64,000 nt of DNA, from contig CDMY01000964.1 of assembly GCA_001179505.1 (NCBI GenBank), positions 168,704 to 232,703 of the forward strand, written 5' to 3'. The translations under genes were made by a program, and so were the position numbers. A model generated the notes under the pieces. The model did not search any database. It was not told the DNA's origin and worked only from the letters and a program-made list of their open reading frames with translations. The DNA comes from Vitrella brassicaformis CCMP3155 (lineage: Eukaryota; Protista; Chromerida). Of the stretch, positions 60,142-64,000 are shown piece after piece (positions within the stretch are counted from its first letter, which is position 1; every line of letters begins with the position of its first letter).

Positions 60142-61934
60142 ATGCCCCGTTGGCATGACCCGTGGTTCGAGCTGCGTCGGTGGGTGCCGGTCATCGCCGG
60201 GATGGTGTATTGTCTCACCATCGGGTGTATGCACTGCTTCGGCAACATCACGCCCTACATCACCTCCTACATGCGCACCATCGGCGGCGAGGAGGTCCGC
60301 TACAAGGACAGCCACTGGATCTACTCAACGGCAGGCATCTCACAGGGCGTCTTCGGCTTCCTCGGAGGCATCCTCGAGCAGAAGGTCGGGCCGCGCATCG
60401 CAGCTGTCGTCGCCGGGTGGATCATGTCGATCGGCATCCTGGCGTCCTACTTCACCATGACCTCCTTCTACGGCCTCGTGCTCAGCTATGGCGTCATATT
60501 CGGCATCGGCTGTGGGCTGGCCTACCCCATCCCCCTCTCTGTGGCACTCAAGTGGCACCCCGACAACAAGGGCCTCGTCAGCGGACTCATCTTCGTCGCC
60601 AGGGGGCTGTCGGTCTTCCTTCTGACGCCGCTGCAGACGGCCTTCGTGAACCCCCTGAACCTCTCCCCTGACTTCGGGCCATTTCCCGAGTCGTCGCCGA
60701 AGGAGACCTACTTCACGGACACGGGTGTGCTGGAGAGGGTGCCGCTGCTGTTCCTCCTCATGGGGGCCCTGTTCGTGGTCATGCAGGCCGGCAGCGCCCT
60801 CTTCATGGGCAACCCCGCTGAGGTACATGTGATCCATCGCACGCACGAGGATGGGTGCATCGCATCCACCTGCAGGGGGATGCCCGCGTGTGCGCTTGTG
60901 TGTCAGGATGACCCCGATTTGGCAGCGTGTCTGGATGTGTCGCGCAAGAAGCAGCAGGCGCTGACAAAGGGCAAGGGCGGCGGGGATGCGGCGGCGGCGC
61001 GTGCGGCGGTTGGGCAGACGATCCACCCCGAGGACATCCCCATCCTCCCCATCCACAAGATGGTCTTCACATACCAGTTCTGGACCATCTGGCTCATCAT
61101 GTTCTTCAACTGGCAGGTACCTGAACACACACACACGTCCGCACATCGGTCGTACTGGCCAATTGCCTGTGTGGATGCTCTCTGCAGGCAATATCATTCG
61201 TCAACGGCTTTTGGAAGATCATTGGTCAGACAGACATGGGTCTGGACGACGTGACGCTGGCACTGCTGGGGTCGGTTGCGGCGGTGACCAACTCGCTGGG
61301 CCGTGTGGTGTGGGGCATGGCTGGGGACCGGTTCGGTTTCAAGACGACCATGATGGCCATCTGCGTGTCGTTTTGGTTCTTCCTCATCACACTGCCGCTG
61401 TGCCACACCGACACGCTGGCTTTGTACGGCATTGTGGGCATGAACACTCTGGTCATGTACTACATCTGGATCAATGTCATCAAGATCATCGACGGCGGGT
61501 GAGCTGACCGCACCGGGAAGGAGGGAGATAATTGCAACGTCCATATCCTGTGCGTCTGGCGTGTGTGGTGTAGTGCGTTTACGATCTTCCCTCCGGTGAC
61601 GAGTGACATCTTTGGCAAGAGGAACTTCGGCCCCGTATTCGGCCTCCTCTTCACAGCAAGGGCTACCAGCTCACTGGTCAGAACGCGAGAAACCCATACA
61701 CGCAGCCAGCATGACATACACAAACACACCACAACTGTCTGGCTTCTTTGCCTCGTTCAGGTTGGTTCGTCCATCTGTTCGCTTCTGTACGACGGCAAGA
61801 CGGTGGACCTGACGGGCATGTGTCTGCTGATGTCGTCGTGCTTCATCGTGTCGGCAGTGCTCACGCTGTCCTTCAAAGTCAGCCCGATCCCAGTGCCACC
61901 TGGATATCACCCACTCAGGACACGCACACGATGA
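60142..61934 (+). CDS. Major facilitator superfamily transporter, oxalate:formate antiporter (OFA)/monocarboxylate-like
   Basis: About 12 hydrophobic segments; GCMHCFGNITPYITSY, GILEQKVGPR (motif A), YGVIFGIGCGLAY, KWHPDNKGLVSG, NSLGRVVWGMAGDRFGFK, PPVTSDIFGKRNFGPVFG. Confidence 0.88.
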
Positions 61935-62249
61935 ATGAACGAATGAGTAAAGGCAGGAAACACCCACACACACACTCTCTCTCTCATCGGCTTGCGGTGG
62001 GCGGCTCTGCTGTCATTGATTGTACATAAGTGTAATGGTTGGTGCTGCTCGGCTCGCCCGCTGACACCAAGACAGACAGACAGACAGAGACGAAGGGAGA
62101 GGAGTGCTGGCCGCTGCATTTTTCGACCCAGCAAGCTCACAGATGGTGGCGGCGGATGGATGTGTGTGTGTGTGTGTGTGTGGAGTGGAGTGGAGGGATG
62201 GGTGTCCGTTGTCTGTAAGTAAAGGCAGTTTCAAGCGTTAGGTCTATCT

Positions 62250-64000
62250 AGAGAGATGGATCGACTGAGAGCAGCTAAGTGAAATGGATCGATGTGTACA
62301 GATATTTAGCCGTTGCAAATGAGAGCAGCAGCAGAAGAGAGATTCACCATGCATCTGAGGCAGGTCTTTCCTCTGATGGATGACGTGTTCGTCTGGAGTG
62401 GGTCCATCAAGCAGCACCATCACAGCCGATGAGTGTCTGCTCGACGGGCTCGTGGCGGTTGGAGCAACACACACATCGAAGGGGAAAGGCCCATCCAGCA
62501 TGCTGTGCTTGCTGCATGGAGACAGACACGCTCATCGTATCAATTCAGTCGAACCATACGTAGCGGTGAGTGAGTCCACCCACACCTACACGCGTTGGTC
62601 GGTATTCACTCATGCCACCACCACACAACATATATAAAATGTAAGCAGCGATTGATTGACACAAAGGGGGCTGTGGAAGCACCAGGGCTGGCGAACTCGA
62701 CAACGGGGCAGTGTTGTCTGCAGATGGGCCGGGCATTCCTCATGCACGTAAGCTCACCTAATTTGGTCGCTCTCGACGCTGTCTCCACAGCAACCTTCCA
62801 CCATCTGCAAGTCGAGTCATCGTGCCTCTGCCGTCTGATATAAAATGTAGGCAGTGATAAATCGGCGGCTCGCTCCAGTCGCCCGGATGCTGGTACATAC
62901 CTGCATCCAGCCATCCATCCATCCGTCCAGCGGTCCTTCCAGGTTGGCTCTGACTTGTGTCTCTTACAGATGCGCTGGCGACGGACGATGGGCTGTGCTG
63001 ACCTGTCGTACCAACGGTTGAAGTTGCTCAGGATCTGCGCCACACACACACATGTACCATGTACTCATCGATGAGTCGCTGGCCGGCCTGCCTGCGTGTC
63101 TGTCGAGTGGATCACTATGGGTGCTTTGTGATTCCCTCGATGGTGATGCGAAATTGCGGTATGACCGTCAGCATCCGTCTGATCAGACTTGCAGCACCTG
63201 GAGAAAAACAGCGCGGCCTCTGATCGAAGACACGCACCAATCAGCCATCCAATGAGTGACATACAATCCATTCGTCATGGCATGCGAAGTCGTGTGTGAA
63301 TATTCACACTCGTTGCTCCATCAGAGACCCAGCGGGGCAGCTGATCGCGTAAGCACCAACCAACCATCCTTTCATCCAGTGAGTGAAGTGAGCATGTGAT
63401 TTGATACCTCGAAGTCGCCCCTGAGAATCTTTCCGTACAGCTTGGCCGTGTCGTCGCGGTCCTCGAAGGGCAGGTGCCCGCATATTAGGGCGTGGAGAGT
63501 TATCCTGCAATGCATCCCATCCACAACACAACACGGCATAACAGCACACAGACAGACACAGACGTGTCTGGTATGCGTTCTGTAAGGCAATGCGGGCTGG
63601 GCTGCTTGGCTGGTTCACCCGCACGACCACACATCATCGCACACGGCGGGCACGTACTGACGGCCAGCGATCATCTGCAAGGCAAGACAACACAACACAA
63701 CACACGTGAATGGCCAAGTGAGCATCGGGTGAGGAGGAATGCATGTCTGTGTGTGGTGTGTCTCACCTCGGGTGCGGCATAAGTCGGCGACCCGCACGAC
63801 GTCTTGAGCAACTGACCGGCCTGAAACAGACAAAACCACAGAGAGAGAGAGAGAGAGAGAAGAGGATACGGGTGGGCTGTGGGTACCCTCCCTCCCTCTC
63901 TCACCTCGTATGTATTGGACAAATTGATTAAAGTCCACGATCTTAATGAATGTTGCCTTACTCATTCGATCATGGCATGCGAAGTCGTGTGTGAATATTC
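62250..64000 (-). pseudogene. Second degenerate SNF1/AMPK-type kinase copy (continues beyond the window)
   Basis: LKTSCGSPTYAAPE, DDVWSCG, CGHLPFEDRDDTAKLYGKILRGDFE, LIRRMLTVIPQFRITIEGITKHP; DFG destroyed (GACTTT-AATCAAT-TTGTCC). 63460-64000 is a near-identical reverse complement of 41829-42372. Confidence 0.82.

Noticed and set aside
1-64000. tRNA, rRNA, snRNA genes and transposase or reverse-transcriptase ORFs
   Set aside because: None recognised by eye. Small ncRNAs cannot be excluded without tRNAscan-SE or Infernal.

Overview
Gene-dense, intron-rich, GC-rich eukaryotic genomic DNA. The short GT-AG introns full of (CA)n/(TG)n, (CAGA)n/(TCTG)n and (GGAT)n/(ATCC)n repeats and the gene content suggest an alveolate, most likely the chromerid Vitrella brassicaformis (inference). 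All gene models were spliced by hand. Recognisable genes: a bestrophin with an in-frame TGA, a ferredoxin/adrenodoxin reductase, TMEM234, RNase H2A, a MATH-BTB protein, TRIP4/ASC-1, an ALKBH1-type AlkB, two tandem RRM+PLAC8 units, a DCC-family oxidoreductase, ITFG1/LINKIN, an SNF1/AMPK-type kinase with a triplicated 3' block and two inverted degenerate copies, a UBR1-type E3, a SUMO-like/coiled-coil/RING protein, a Kelch protein with a bipartite leader and an OFA-like MFS transporter. The five assembly gaps are all exactly 300 N. Best leads: (1) a probable TRIP4/ASC-1-AlkB fusion hidden by one gap; (2) an RRM-PLAC8 fusion; (3) a SUMO-like domain-RING protein head-to-head with UBR1; (4) an orphan gene resembling only the N-terminal domain of Piwi/Argonaute; (5) a recurrent AAGCTCGC motif in the divergent promoters; (6) complementary microsatellites at the two ends of introns. 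No CRISPR array, rRNA, tRNA or recognisable transposase was seen.
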